Below the pieces are notes generated by a model, which was not told the DNA's origin, did not search any database, and worked only from the letters and a program-made list of their open reading frames with translations. From contig CALEJW010000045.1 in assembly GCA_937898635.1 (NCBI GenBank), forward strand, positions 890 through 64,889: a stretch of 64,000 nucleotides of DNA. The letters are read 5' to 3'. Positions 39,541-49,329 of the stretch are shown here, in pieces (positions within the stretch are counted from its first letter, which is position 1; the number at the start of each line of letters is the position of its first letter). Both the position numbers and the translations under genes were made by a program. The DNA is from an uncultured Pseudomonadota bacterium (lineage in GTDB: Bacteria; Pseudomonadota; Gammaproteobacteria; Burkholderiales; Usitatibacteraceae).

Positions 39541-41247
39541 ATGGCCGGGCCGGCGCCCGAACGCAGGGACGAGCTGGGCCGGCTGGCCGCGCGCCTGGTC
39601 GCGCTGGGCGCGATTCCCATCGCCGTCTTCTGCGGAGCCTTCGCGCTGGCGCGCGCGGCGCTCGGCACGGGACAGGAGGCCCAGGCCTGGACCTGGGTGC
39701 TCTCCCTCGCCGCCGCGGTGGGCTCGGTGTTCGTCCTCGCCCGCCGCACGGCGCGCGCGCTGGACGGGGACGTGGGGGTGATCCGCGAGGCGGTCCGGCA
39801 GACGGCCGCCGGCGTGCGCGGGGCGGAACTCCCGGACCTCGACGCGCCGCTCGAGGGACTCAAGCGCGAGGTGCTCGCGCTCGCGACGGACTTCCACGCG
39901 AGGGAGCGCCGCCTCCAGGAGCGCCTCGACACCTCCCGCCAGCAGGTGTTCTTCCTCACGGCCAACGACCCCCTCACCGGGCTCGCCAACCGCAAGACCC
40001 TGGAGGAGCGCCTGGAGAGCGCGCTCGCCTCCGCCCGCAGCCTCGGCGCCGCCCACGCGCTCGTCTACGTGGACATCGACTTCCTGCAGCGCATCAACGA
40101 CGCCTTCGGGCACCTCGCGGGCGACGAGCTGCTGCGCCGCCTCGTGCCGGTGCTCGCCGGCTGCCTGAGACCGGAGGATCTCCTCGCGCGCATCGGCGGG
40201 GACGAGTTCGCGGTGCTGATCGAGAACTGCAGCGCCGACCACGCCCTGCAGACCGGGCTTCGCCTGCGCGACGCCGTCCAGGCCTGGCAGTTCGAGTGGA
40301 GCGAGCACGCCTTCCAGGTGGGCGTGAGCGTGGGCGTGGTGGCCATCACGCGCCTCTCGCCGAGCCTTTCGGCGATCTTCAACGAGGCCGACAGCGCCTG
40401 CTTCGCCGCGAAGGAGCAGGGCCGCAACCGGGTCGTGGCCTTCCACGAGGCGCAGGCCTCGCAGTACATGCGCCAGACGAGCCGCGGGTGGCTCAAGCGG
40501 ATCAACGACGCCATCTCCGCGGGCGCGTTCACGCTGCTCTACCAGCCCATCGTCCCGATCGCCGCCGCCGCCGAGCCGGACGCGCTCCCTCGCGTCGAGG
40601 CGCTGCTGCGCATGAGCGAGACGGGCGGGGAGCTGATCCTGCCGATGTCCTTCATTCCCGTGGCCGAGCGCTACGACCTCATGCGCACCATCGACCGCTG
40701 GGTGATCGACCGCGCCTTCGCCGACTTCCGGCGCCTGGCGAAGGATCGCGGCACGGCGCGCCCGGCGGAGTTCTCCGTGAACCTCTCCGGGCACACGCTC
40801 TCCAGCCCGGAGTTCGGCGACTACGTGCGCGAGTGCTTCACCAGGCACGGCGTCCCGCCGGAGTGCGTGTGCTTCGAGATCACCGAGACCGCGGCGATCG
40901 CCAACGTCGAGCGCGCGCGCGCGGCGATCGAGGCCCTGCGCGGCCACGGCGTGCGCTTCTGGCTCGACGACTTCGGCAGCGGGCTTTCCTCGTTCAACTA
41001 CCTCAAGCACTTCCCCGTCGACGGGCTGAAGATCGACGGCCTCTTCGTGAAGGGCGTGGCGAGGAACTACCTCGACTACGCGCTGGTCGAGGCCATCCAG
41101 AAGATCGCGATCACCATGGGGCTCGCGACGGTGGCCGAGTGCGTGGAGAGCGAGGAGATCGCGAGGAAGCTCTTCGCCATCGGCGTGCCCTGGGGGCAGG
41201 GCTTCCACCTCGGGCACCCGAAGCCGATCGAGTCCGTCTTTCCGTGA
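39541..41247 (+). CDS. membrane-associated GGDEF-EAL protein (diguanylate cyclase/phosphodiesterase)
   Basis: Two N-terminal hydrophobic segments and a HAMP-like linker. Intact RIGGDEF and EALLR, plus DDFGSG and EGVE-type (ECVES) motifs. Confidence 0.9.
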   Translation: MAGPAPERRDELGRLAARLVALGAIPIAVFCGAFALARAALGTGQEAQAWTWVLSLAAAVGSVFVLARRTARALDGDVGVIREAVRQTAAGVRGAELPDLDAPLEGLKREVLALATDFHARERRLQERLDTSRQQVFFLTANDPLTGLANRKTLEERLESALASARSLGAAHALVYVDIDFLQRINDAFGHLAGDELLRRLVPVLAGCLRPEDLLARIGGDEFAVLIENCSADHALQTGLRLRDAVQAWQFEWSEHAFQVGVSVGVVAITRLSPSLSAIFNEADSACFAAKEQGRNRVVAFHEAQASQYMRQTSRGWLKRINDAISAGAFTLLYQPIVPIAAAAEPDALPRVEALLRMSETGGELILPMSFIPVAERYDLMRTIDRWVIDRAFADFRRLAKDRGTARPAEFSVNLSGHTLSSPEFGDYVRECFTRHGVPPECVCFEITETAAIANVERARAAIEALRGHGVRFWLDDFGSGLSSFNYLKHFPVDGLKIDGLFVKGVARNYLDYALVEAIQKIAITMGLATVAECVESEEIARKLFAIGVPWGQGFHLGHPKPIESVFP

Positions 41248-41267
41248 CGCGGGCCGGTCCGCCGGGC

Positions 41268-41273
41268 TATAAT
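41268..41273 (+). promoter_or_regulatory. -10 box for the cytochrome c pair
   Basis: Consensus TATAAT with GTGACG 17 nt upstream, 80 nt before the ATG. Confidence 0.4.
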
Positions 41274-41354
41274 CCGCGCCGAACCGGCGACAGCGCCCCG
41301 GCGTCACCCGCGCGGCCGGTCGAACCCTCAGAGACCGTGAACCGACGAGACCCC

Positions 41355-41696
41355 ATGTCCCGAACCTCCCCCTTTGTCCTCGCGCTCGCCCTGGCGCTCG
41401 CCGGAACCGCCCACGCGGCCGGCGATGCCGCCGCCGGCAGGCAGAAGAATTTCCAGTGCATGGGATGCCACGGCATTCCCGGGTGGAAGACCGCCTTCCC
41501 GGAGGTCTACCACGTGCCGAAGCTGGGCGGGCAGCACGCCGCCTACCTCGTCGCCGCGCTCAAGCAGTACCGCAGCGGCGAGCGCGACCACGCGACGATG
41601 CGCTCCATCGCGGCGACCCTGTCCGACAAGGACATGGAGGATCTCGCGGCCTACTACGCGCAAGCCGCCGGCGTCGCGGCCGTGGCCGGAAAGTGA
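41355..41696 (+). CDS. monohaem class I cytochrome c (c4 half-domain type)
   Basis: Signal peptide, CMGCH haem site, LGGQHAAYLVAALKQYRSGERDHATM...DMEDLAAYYA. Confidence 0.88.
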   Translation: MSRTSPFVLALALALAGTAHAAGDAAAGRQKNFQCMGCHGIPGWKTAFPEVYHVPKLGGQHAAYLVAALKQYRSGERDHATMRSIAATLSDKDMEDLAAYYAQAAGVAAVAGK

Positions 41697-41704
41697 GGCG
41701 CGCC

Positions 41705-42028
41705 GTGAACCGCACAGCCCTCGTCGTCCTCGCTTCCTTCGTCCTCGCCGGTGCCGCCCACGCGGCCAAGGGCGACGCCCAGGCGGGCAAGGGGAAGGCC
41801 GCCGCCTGCGTCGCCTGCCACGGCGAATCCGGCGTGAGCGCCGCCCCGGAATTCCCCAAGATCGCCGGGCAGCACGCCGACTATCTCGCCACGGCGCTGC
41901 GGCACTACAAGGCCGGCAAGCGCAAGAACCCCATCATGGCGGGCCAGGTCGCGAACCTCTCGGAGAAGGACATGCTCGACCTCGCGGCCTACTACGCGTC
42001 GCAGCCGGGACTCGCCATCCGCTACTGA
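41705..42028 (+). CDS. monohaem class I cytochrome c (c4 half-domain type), paralogue
   Basis: GTG start, own signal peptide, CVACH, IAGQHADYLATALRHYKAGKRKNPIM...DMLDLAAYYA. Confidence 0.88.
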   Translation: MNRTALVVLASFVLAGAAHAAKGDAQAGKGKAAACVACHGESGVSAAPEFPKIAGQHADYLATALRHYKAGKRKNPIMAGQVANLSEKDMLDLAAYYASQPGLAIRY

Positions 42029-42051
42029 CGCCGTCTTCCTCGCCGCTCCCC

Positions 42052-42078
42052 GCAAGCCCGGCCCCGCGCCGGGCTTGC
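42052..42078. terminator. bidirectional hairpin between convergent genes
   Basis: Perfect 11-bp stem GCAAGCCCGGC / GCCGGGCTTGC with loop CCCGC. No strong T-tract. Confidence 0.45.
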
Positions 42079-42094
42079 CGCTTGCGGCGAACGA

Positions 42095-42532
42095 TCAGGC
42101 GCGCAGGCGCCGCTCGAGGCAGTCCAGGTAGTCCGCGTTCGCGAGGCCGGTGCCCTCGCGCTGGGCGCGCCAGAGGGCCTCGGCCAGGCACTCCATCGCC
42201 GCGTGCCGCGCGTCGTGCTCCGAGCCCAGGCGCGAGGCGAGCGCGCGCAGGGCCTCGCGGATGCCCGGCGGCTGGTCGATCGAGTGCTGCTCCTCGAGCG
42301 CGAGGTGCAGCGCGAGGTGCAGGAAGGGGTTGGACTCGCCGCCTTCGGGCTTCCAGTCGCGCTCGCCGAAGCGCTCCGGGTCGGCGAGGGTGGCGTGGTA
42401 CTCGGGGTGCTCCAGGACGATCGCGAGCGCCATCGACTCGAGCGCCGTGAGGGCCTCGCCCGCCTGCGAGCGGGCCCACAGCGAGAAGAAGAACCCGCGC
42501 ACCTCGTCCCGCGTGGGATGGAAGAGGCTCAT
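42095..42532 (-). CDS. DUF1841-like conserved hypothetical protein
   Basis: 145-aa ORF. Its ATG overlaps the nth stop (ATGA). NPFLHLALHLALEEQ is typical of the family as I recall it. Confidence 0.55.
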   Translation of the reverse strand: MSLFHPTRDEVRGFFFSLWARSQAGEALTALESMALAIVLEHPEYHATLADPERFGERDWKPEGGESNPFLHLALHLALEEQHSIDQPPGIREALRALASRLGSEHDARHAAMECLAEALWRAQREGTGLANADYLDCLERRLRA

Positions 42533-43203
42533 TTCGGCAGGCGGGCCTTGCGCGCGGCCGGCGGCGCGGCGAGCTTCGCCTTGTCGCGGAATCCGCAGGG
42601 CCCGTACACCGGGCAGGCGCCGCATTTCGGCGTCCGCGCGACGCAGACGTAGCGGCCCAGCAGGATCAGCCAGTGGTGGGCGTGGAGGCGGTAGGGCGAA
42701 GGGACGACCGCGAGGAGCTTCTTCTCCACCGCGAGCGGGTCCTTGCCCGGCGCGAGCCCGGTCCGGTTGGAGACGCGGAAGATGTGCGTGTCCACCGCGA
42801 TCGCGGGTTCCCCGAAGGCGACGTTCAGCACCACGTTCGCGGTCTTGCGCCCCACGCCCGGCAGGCTCTCGAGGGCCTCGCGCGTGCGCGGCACCTCGCC
42901 ACCGTGCTCCGCCAGCAGGAGGCGCGTGAGGCCGATCACGTTCTTCGCCTTCGTGCGGTACAGGCCGATGGTCCGGATGCGCTCGCGCAGCCCGTCCTCG
43001 CCCAGCGCGAGCATCGCGGCGGGCGTGCCGGCGACGGCGAAGAGCCCGCGCGTGGCGAGGTTCACGCCGCGGTCCGTGGCCTGCGCGGACAGGACCACGG
43101 CGACGAGGAGCTGGTAGGGCGTGGCGTACTCGAGCTCGCTGCGCGGCTCGGGATTCGCGTCGCGGAGCAGGCGGAAGAACTCGGCGCGCGCGGCGGGCTT
43201 CAC
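42529..43203 (-). CDS. nth: endonuclease III
   Basis: [12 protein letters not shown], Hh[17 protein letters not shown] and the C-terminal 4Fe-4S cluster [17 protein letters not shown]. Confidence 0.95.
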   Translation of the reverse strand: MKPAARAEFFRLLRDANPEPRSELEYATPYQLLVAVVLSAQATDRGVNLATRGLFAVAGTPAAMLALGEDGLRERIRTIGLYRTKAKNVIGLTRLLLAEHGGEVPRTREALESLPGVGRKTANVVLNVAFGEPAIAVDTHIFRVSNRTGLAPGKDPLAVEKKLLAVVPSPYRLHAHHWLILLGRYVCVARTPKCGACPVYGPCGFRDKAKLAAPPAARKARLPK

Positions 43204-43736
43204 GGCTCGCGCCCCCCGGCCGGCGCCGGCTCGTAGGCCGCCATCGTCGCGGCGCGCTCCGAGGCTTCCCGGGCGAGCCGGAAGGCGCGGAACTCATGGC
43301 GCTCGCGCGAGCGTCCCGGCTCGGGCAGCGCCGCCACCGGCACGAGCGAGATGCAGTCCACGGGGCAGGGGGGAATGCAGAGCTCGCAGCCCGTGCACCA
43401 GGAGGCGATCACGGTGTGCATGAGCTTCGGGGCGCCCACGATCGCGTCCACGGGGCAGGCGGGGATGCACTTCACGCAGCCGATGCAGAGCGCCTCGTCG
43501 ATGAGGGCCGCCTGCGGCGGCCGGGCCGGGCCGCGCGCCGGGTCGAGCGGCTTCGCCGCGCGGTCGAGGAGGGACGCGAGCCTCGCCACACCCGCGTCGC
43601 CCCCCGGCGGGCACTGGTCGATGTCGGCCTCGCCGCGCGCGATCGCCTCGGCATAGGGCCGGCACCCGGGGTAGCCGCACAGCGTGCACTGCGTCTGCGG
43701 GAGCAGCGCGTCGATGTCCGCGACGAGGCGGCTCAC
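43200..43736 (-). CDS. RnfB/RsxB-like ferredoxin (soluble, no Rnf partners nearby)
   Basis: [30 protein letters not shown], plus two CxxCxxCxxxCP motifs ([24 protein letters not shown]). The GTG start overlaps the ald stop. Confidence 0.8.
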   Translation of the reverse strand: MSRLVADIDALLPQTQCTLCGYPGCRPYAEAIARGEADIDQCPPGGDAGVARLASLLDRAAKPLDPARGPARPPQAALIDEALCIGCVKCIPACPVDAIVGAPKLMHTVIASWCTGCELCIPPCPVDCISLVPVAALPEPGRSRERHEFRAFRLAREASERAATMAAYEPAPAGGREP

Positions 43737-44845
43737 GCGAGGTCCCCGTCGTCGAGGGCGGCCCAGGCCCTCCCGGCCTCGGCGGCGATCCCGGGATGCG
43801 TGAAGCGTCCCCGCCACACGAGGACGCCGGCGCGAAGCCCCGCGTCCTCGCGGATCGCGCGCGCGATGCCCTTTCCGGCGAGCGCGCGGACGTAGGGGAG
43901 CACGGCGGCGGACAGGGCCGAGGCGCCCGCGCGGGCCACGGCGGCGGGCATGTTGGCCACGCAGTAGTGCAGCACGCCTTCGGCGACGAAGACGGGATCG
44001 GCGTGGGTGGTCGGGCGCGAGGTCTCGGCCACGCCGCCCGCGTCGATCGCGACGTCCACGATCACGGCGCCGCGCTTCATCCGGGAGACGAGCGCGCGGG
44101 AGAGGAGCTTCGGCGTCGGCTCGCCCGGCACGAAGACCGCGCCCACGACGAGGTCGGCCGCGAGGGCGTGGCGCTCGATCGCCTCCGCGGAGGCGAGGCC
44201 CGTCTCCACGGACGCCGGCAGGCGCGCGGCGAGCGCGTCCCGGGTCGCCGCGGAGCGCGTGAGGATCGCGACCTTCGCGCCCATGGCCGCGGCAAGCGCG
44301 GCCGCGTTCTCGCCCGCATGGCCGCCGCCCAGCACCAGCACGCGCGCCGGCTCCGCGCCCGGGCACCCCGCGAGGAGCGTCCCGTTGCCGCCCGCGGGCA
44401 AAGTGAGGAGCTGCGCGCCCACCTGCACGGCGAGCCTTCCGGCGATAACCGACATGGGCGCGAGGAGCGGGAAGCCGCCCGCGGCGTCGCGCACCATCTC
44501 GAAGGCGATCGCGGTGACGCCCCGGTCGGCGATCTCGCGCGCGAGCCGCGGTTCTCCCACGAGATGCTGGAAGGCGAAGAGCGTCGAGCCCGCGGCGAGG
44601 CTCGTCCACTCGCCGGGCTGGATCTCCTTCACCTTGACGACGAGATCGGACCGCCAGGCCTCGCCGGCGTCGACGATCCCGGCGCCCGCGGCCCGGTAGG
44701 CTGCGTCGTCCGCGCCGATGCCCAGGCCCGCGCCGGCGGCCACGCGCACTTCATGTCCGTCGCGCGCCAGCGCGGCGGCGGCGGCGGGATCGAGCGCGAC
44801 CCGCCGCTCGCCATCCTTCGACTCCCGGGGAATGCCGATTCGCAT
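43733..44845 (-). CDS. ald: alanine dehydrogenase family protein
   Basis: [44 protein letters not shown] and DVAIDAGG...[11 protein letters not shown]. Confidence 0.82.
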   Translation of the reverse strand: MRIGIPRESKDGERRVALDPAAAAALARDGHEVRVAAGAGLGIGADDAAYRAAGAGIVDAGEAWRSDLVVKVKEIQPGEWTSLAAGSTLFAFQHLVGEPRLAREIADRGVTAIAFEMVRDAAGGFPLLAPMSVIAGRLAVQVGAQLLTLPAGGNGTLLAGCPGAEPARVLVLGGGHAGENAAALAAAMGAKVAILTRSAATRDALAARLPASVETGLASAEAIERHALAADLVVGAVFVPGEPTPKLLSRALVSRMKRGAVIVDVAIDAGGVAETSRPTTHADPVFVAEGVLHYCVANMPAAVARAGASALSAAVLPYVRALAGKGIARAIREDAGLRAGVLVWRGRFTHPGIAAEAGRAWAALDDGDLA

Positions 44846-44869
44846 CGGGGGACGCGGCGCCGCGCGACG

Positions 44870-45883
44870 CTAGCCCCGGAGGGCGCGCCGCGCGTCGGCG
44901 ATGAGCGCCGGGCCGCGGTAGATGAACCCCGTGTAGAGCTGCACGAGGCTCGCCCCGGCATCGATCTTGGCCTTCGCGTCTCGCCCGTCGAGGATGCCGC
45001 CGACGCCGATCAGCGGGATCTTCCCCGCGAGAGCGCGCGCGAGCTTGCGCAGCACCTCGGTGGACAGCGCGAAGAGCGGGCGCCCCGAGAGGCCGCCCGC
45101 CTCGCCGGCGTGGCGGTGGCCCTCGACGCCCCCGCGGCCTGTCGTGGTGTTGGTCGCGATCAGCGCGTCGACGCGATGCGCGAGCGCGAGGGAGGCGATC
45201 GACTCGATCTGCGCGTCGTCGAGGTCCGGAGCGACCTTCAGGGCCAGGGGCTTCACGCCGCCGTGACGGGCGGCCAGCGCGTCGCGCCGCGCCACCAGGG
45301 CCGCGAGGAGCTCGCCGAGACGCTCGGCGGACTGCAGGTCGCGCAGGTTCCGGGTGTTGGGCGAGGAGATGTTCACCGCGACGTAGCTCGCCCGCGCGTA
45401 CACGGCCTCCAGGCAGGCCAGGTAGTCGTCCGCGGCGCGCTCCAGGGGCGTGTCGGCGTTCTTGCCGATGTTGATGCCGAGCACCCCGCGGAAGGAGGAC
45501 TTTTCCACGTTGCGCAGCAACTGCTCCACGCCGACGTTGTTGAAGCCCATCCGGTTGATGATCGCTTCGTCGTCGATGAGCCGGAACAGGCGCGGCTTCG
45601 GGTTTCCCGGCTGCGGCCTCGGCGTCACCGTGCCGACCTCGAGGTGGCCGAAGCCCAGGGCCGCGAGCGCGTCGAGGTAGCGCGCGTCCTTGTCCATGCC
45701 GGCCGCGAGGCCCACGGGATTGGGGAAGCGGATGCCCATCACCGTGCGCTCCTCGCCCCGGTCGGCGCCCGCGCCCAGGAGCGCGACGGCGGGGCCCAGC
45801 GCGCACATCGCCTTCAGCGCGAGCTCGTGCGCGGTCTCGGGGTCGAGCTGGAAGAGGGCGCTGCGGGCGAGCCGGTAGAGCAT
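44870..45883 (-). CDS. pyrD: dihydroorotate dehydrogenase (quinone)
   Basis: NPVGLAAGMDKD, GFGHLEVGTVTPRPQPGNPKPRLFRL, NISSPNT and IGVGGI. Confidence 0.93.
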   Translation of the reverse strand: MLYRLARSALFQLDPETAHELALKAMCALGPAVALLGAGADRGEERTVMGIRFPNPVGLAAGMDKDARYLDALAALGFGHLEVGTVTPRPQPGNPKPRLFRLIDDEAIINRMGFNNVGVEQLLRNVEKSSFRGVLGINIGKNADTPLERAADDYLACLEAVYARASYVAVNISSPNTRNLRDLQSAERLGELLAALVARRDALAARHGGVKPLALKVAPDLDDAQIESIASLALAHRVDALIATNTTTGRGGVEGHRHAGEAGGLSGRPLFALSTEVLRKLARALAGKIPLIGVGGILDGRDAKAKIDAGASLVQLYTGFIYRGPALIADARRALRG

Positions 45884-45911
45884 CAGGCGATCGCGGCGGC
45901 GCGCGGACGGG

Positions 45912-46634
45912 TCATCGCAGGCGCTTCCATTCCCCGCGGGAGAGCCCCTCGATGGGCCGGAACTCGCTCTTGTAGGCCATCTTGCGGCTCTGCGCGATCC
46001 AGTAGCCGAGGTAGACGTAGGCGAGGCCGCGCCGCCGGGCCTCCTCGACCTGCCAGAGGACGTTCCAGGTCCCGAAGCTCGCCTTCTCCACCAGCGGGTC
46101 GAAGAAGGTGTACACCGACGAAAGCCCATCGGCCAGCTCGTCGACGATGGAGACCATGCGCAGGCGCCCGGCCTCGCGGAACTCGATGAGGGAGGTGGCG
46201 ACGTTCGACTGCAGCAGGAAGTGCGCGTACTGCTCGCGGCTGTCGTGGTCCATGCCGCCGCCGCGGTGGCGCTCGCCCTGGTAGAGGCGGTAGAGGGCGT
46301 AGTGCTCGGCGCTGAACTTGAGCTCGCCCTGGCGGGCCTCGAGCCCGGCGTGGCGCTTCCACGCGCGGCGTTGCGAGCGGCTGGGGGAGAACTCCGCGGC
46401 GACCACGCGCACGGGCACGCAGGCCTGGCAGTGGTCGCAGTAGGGACGGTAGGTGAAGGCGCCGGAGCGGCGGAACCCGGCGGAGACCAGGGAGCCGTAG
46501 GTGTCGGTGTCGATGAGGTAGCTGGGCGTGGCGACCTGCGAGCGCGCGAGCCGTCCCGGCAGGTAGCTGCAGGGATAGGGCGCCGTCGCGTAGAACTGCA
46601 GGTTGGCTAGGGGGAGGTCGTTGAGTCTCGCCAT
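45912..46634 (-). CDS. bpt: arginyl-tRNA/leucyl-tRNA-protein transferase Bpt (Asp/Glu N-end rule)
   Basis: [15 protein letters not shown]...FRRSG...[16 protein letters not shown] and SSVYTFFDP...GTWNVLW...YVYLGYWI. Confidence 0.88.
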   Translation of the reverse strand: MARLNDLPLANLQFYATAPYPCSYLPGRLARSQVATPSYLIDTDTYGSLVSAGFRRSGAFTYRPYCDHCQACVPVRVVAAEFSPSRSQRRAWKRHAGLEARQGELKFSAEHYALYRLYQGERHRGGGMDHDSREQYAHFLLQSNVATSLIEFREAGRLRMVSIVDELADGLSSVYTFFDPLVEKASFGTWNVLWQVEEARRRGLAYVYLGYWIAQSRKMAYKSEFRPIEGLSRGEWKRLR

Positions 46635-47332
46635 GCTTCCTCGGTGGCCGGCCATCGGCATCCGCTCGGCGGGTATTGTATCGACTCGGCGAGCAGGCCG
46701 GCGAACTCGCGCCGCGGGATGGCCCGCGCGCCCAGCGAGGCGAGGTGCGCGGTGGCCTGCTGGCAGTCGATCACGCGCACCCCGAGCGCCTTCGCGCGCC
46801 CGACGAGCTTCACCAGCGCGACCTTGGAGGCGTCCGTCTCGCGCGAGAACATCGACTCGCCGAAGAAGACGCGGCCGAGGAGGATCCCGTACAGGCCGCC
46901 GGCGAGCTCCCCGTCCTTCCAGGACTCCACGCTATGGGCGAAACCCAGCTCGTGCAGCCGGATGTAGGCCGAGCGCATCGCCGGCCCGATCCAGGTGCCG
47001 GCCTGCCCGTCGCGCGGCGAGGCGCAGCCTTCGATCACCTGCGGGAACGCCGTGTCGTAGCGCGTCTCGAAGACTCCCCGGTCCACCGTGCGGCGAAGCG
47101 AGCGCGATACCTTGAGTTCCCCGGGGAAGAGGACCATGCGCGGGTGCGGCGACCACCAGAGGATGGGCTCGCCCTCGGAGAACCACGGGAAGATGCCCTG
47201 CGCGTAGGCCTCGACCAGGCGCCCGGGCGAGAGGTCCGCTCCCGCGCAGAGGAGCCCGTTGGGCGTGCGCAGCGCCTTCGAGACCGGCGGGAAGGGATCG
47301 CTCGGGCGAAGGAAGGGGATCACGGCCCGCAC
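46607..47332 (-). CDS. aat: leucyl/phenylalanyl-tRNA-protein transferase
   Basis: [45 protein letters not shown] and [21 protein letters not shown] starts at 47332 or 47323. The 3' end overlaps bpt by 28 nt. Confidence 0.88.
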   Translation of the reverse strand: MRAVIPFLRPSDPFPPVSKALRTPNGLLCAGADLSPGRLVEAYAQGIFPWFSEGEPILWWSPHPRMVLFPGELKVSRSLRRTVDRGVFETRYDTAFPQVIEGCASPRDGQAGTWIGPAMRSAYIRLHELGFAHSVESWKDGELAGGLYGILLGRVFFGESMFSRETDASKVALVKLVGRAKALGVRVIDCQQATAHLASLGARAIPRREFAGLLAESIQYPPSGCRWPATEEAWRDSTTSP

Positions 47333-47350
47333 TCTAGCAGGCCGGCGTGC

Positions 47351-48334
47351 CTAGCTCGCGACGGGCATCCCTTCCGCGTCGAACAGGCCGTCGAAGAGCC
47401 GGGAGCTCAGGTAGCGCTCGCCCGAGTCGGGCAGGATCGCGACGATCGTCTTGCCCTGGTTCACCGCTTCCCGGGCGAGCCGGACCGCGACCGCCACGGC
47501 CGCGCCGCAGGAGATGCCCGAGAGGATGCCCTCCTCGCGGGCGAGGCGGCGCGCGTAGTCGATCGCTTCCTCGTCCGTCACCTGCGCGATGTCGTCCACC
47601 AGGGCCATGTCGAGCACCTCGGGCACGAAGCCCGCGCCGATGCCCTGGATGCGGTGCGGGCCCGGCTTCACCGGCTGGCCCGCCCGCGCCTGGGTGAGCA
47701 CCGGGCTCGCGGCGGGTTCCACCGCGACCGAGCGGATCATGCGGCCCTTCGTGTTCTTGAAGAAGCGCGAGACGCCGGTGATCGTGCCGCCGGTGCCCAC
47801 GCCCGAGACGAGGATGTCCACCTTGCCGTCGGTGTCCTGCCAGATCTCGGGGCCCGTGGTGGATTCGTGGATCGCGGGATTGGCCGGGTTCTTGAACTGC
47901 TGCAGCAGCACGAACTTCCCCGGGTCGGAGGCGGCGATCTCCTCGGCCTTCGCGATGGCGCCGGGCATCCCGCGGGCGCCTTCCGTGAGGACGAGCTTCG
48001 CGCCGTAGGCGGCGAGGAGCTTGCGCCGCTCGATCGACATCGTGTCGGGCATGGTGAGCGTGAGCGGGATGCCCCTCGCGGCCGCCACGAAGGCGAGCGC
48101 GATGCCGGTGTTGCCGCTCGTGGGCTCGACGATCTCCTTGCCGGGGCCCAGCAGGCCGCGCTGGAGCGCGTCCCGGACGAGGGCCGCGCCGATGCGGCAT
48201 TTCACGGAGTAGGCCGGGTTGCGGCCCTCGATCTTCGCGAGCACGGTGGCCGGCGCGTCGCCGGTGATGCGGTTCAGGCGGACGAGCGGCGTGCGGCCGA
48301 TGGAGAGCGAATTGTCCCCGTACCAGAATTTCAT
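47351..48334 (-). CDS. cysK: cysteine synthase A (O-acetylserine sulfhydrylase)
   Basis: Collinear with E. coli CysK as I recall it: [44 protein letters not shown] and [11 protein letters not shown]. Confidence 0.93.
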   Translation of the reverse strand: MKFWYGDNSLSIGRTPLVRLNRITGDAPATVLAKIEGRNPAYSVKCRIGAALVRDALQRGLLGPGKEIVEPTSGNTGIALAFVAAARGIPLTLTMPDTMSIERRKLLAAYGAKLVLTEGARGMPGAIAKAEEIAASDPGKFVLLQQFKNPANPAIHESTTGPEIWQDTDGKVDILVSGVGTGGTITGVSRFFKNTKGRMIRSVAVEPAASPVLTQARAGQPVKPGPHRIQGIGAGFVPEVLDMALVDDIAQVTDEEAIDYARRLAREEGILSGISCGAAVAVAVRLAREAVNQGKTIVAILPDSGERYLSSRLFDGLFDAEGMPVAS

Positions 48335-48353
48335 GGCGAGACCTCGGATGGCG

Positions 48354-48818
48354 TCAACCCTGTGACCAGGGAAGCCCGGCGTGCCGCCAACCCCCCAGTG
48401 TGCCGCGCCGGCCGTCCCGGTCCCGATCACCCTCGAAGCCCTCGAGGATGTTGAAGACGCGGGTGAACCCGGCCCTGGCCGCGGCGGTGGCAGCGTGGTG
48501 CGAGCGTACACCGCTTCGGCACAGGAGGAGGAGCGGTTCGTCGCGACGGAACCGCGCCGCGAGCCGGTCGGCGAAGGCGGGGTCCGGAACGGCGGCGCCG
48601 TAGCCCTGCCACTCGACGAGCGGCGCACCGTCGACCCGGCCCACGAATTCCCATTCGGGGCGCGTGCGCACGTCGACGATCGTCGCGGCCCCCTCCACGA
48701 CGAGCTGGAAGGCTTCCGCGGGCGTCACGGCGCCGGCGTATTCCAGGCCCGCGGACTTTCCCCGCGCCTCGGCGAGGTCGAAGAGGCTCCGCCTATCCAC
48801 GGGCAGGCTCGCCGGCAT
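48354..48818 (-). CDS. rhodanese-domain sulfurtransferase
   Basis: [12 protein letters not shown]... and active-site loop [10 protein letters not shown]. 154 aa. Confidence 0.78.
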   Translation of the reverse strand: MPASLPVDRRSLFDLAEARGKSAGLEYAGAVTPAEAFQLVVEGAATIVDVRTRPEWEFVGRVDGAPLVEWQGYGAAVPDPAFADRLAARFRRDEPLLLLCRSGVRSHHAATAAARAGFTRVFNILEGFEGDRDRDGRRGTLGGWRHAGLPWSQG

Positions 48819-49329
48819 GCGCCTCGCGTCCGCGAAGGCCCGGGCCGCGACCGTCCGCGCTCCACTGGTAGGCCTCGGTGAAGTCGGCGAAGGCGGAGAG
48901 CGCGGCACGGGGGTCCGCGCCCTCCCGGAGCACGAACGCGTCGAAGCCGCAGCGGGCGAGGTGGAAGAGCTGGTCGCGAAGCACCTCGCCCACGGCGCGA
49001 AGCTCGCCCGCGTAGCCGTGCCGCCGGCGCAGCAGCCAGGCGCTCGAGTAGCCCCGGCCATCCGCGATCCTCGGGAAATGGATGCAGACGAGCGCGAGCC
49101 GCGCGAGGTCCGGAGCGATGCGGGCCGGGTCGTCCCCGGGCTCCAGGCGCACGCCGAGGGGCGTGGCGCGGGCGAGGAGTTCCTCGCGGCGCGGTTCCCA
49201 GACTGCCAGGGGCACGGCGAGGGGGCCCGCGGGAAGGGGCACGGTTTCGGGGCTCTCGCCCTCGCGGGGGTCCAGCATTTCCCAGGTGTCGTCGCGCACC
49301 TGGCCGTCGCGGATTACCTGCCTAGGCAT
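48793..49329 (-). CDS. DUF934-family protein (sulfite-reductase-associated)
   Basis: IHFPRIADGRGYSSAWLLRRRHGYAGELRAVGEVLRDQL matches the DUF934 core. It overlaps cysI by 8 nt and the rhodanese start by 26 nt. Confidence 0.75.
   Translation of the reverse strand: MPRQVIRDGQVRDDTWEMLDPREGESPETVPLPAGPLAVPLAVWEPRREELLARATPLGVRLEPGDDPARIAPDLARLALVCIHFPRIADGRGYSSAWLLRRRHGYAGELRAVGEVLRDQLFHLARCGFDAFVLREGADPRAALSAFADFTEAYQWSADGRGPGLRGREAHAGEPARG

Noticed and set aside
41355-42028. The two cytochrome c ORFs as a frameshifted dihaem c4 pseudogene.
   Set aside because: Each ORF has its own start codon and signal peptide and a complete haem domain, and the first ends with a clean stop. They are better read as two intact genes.
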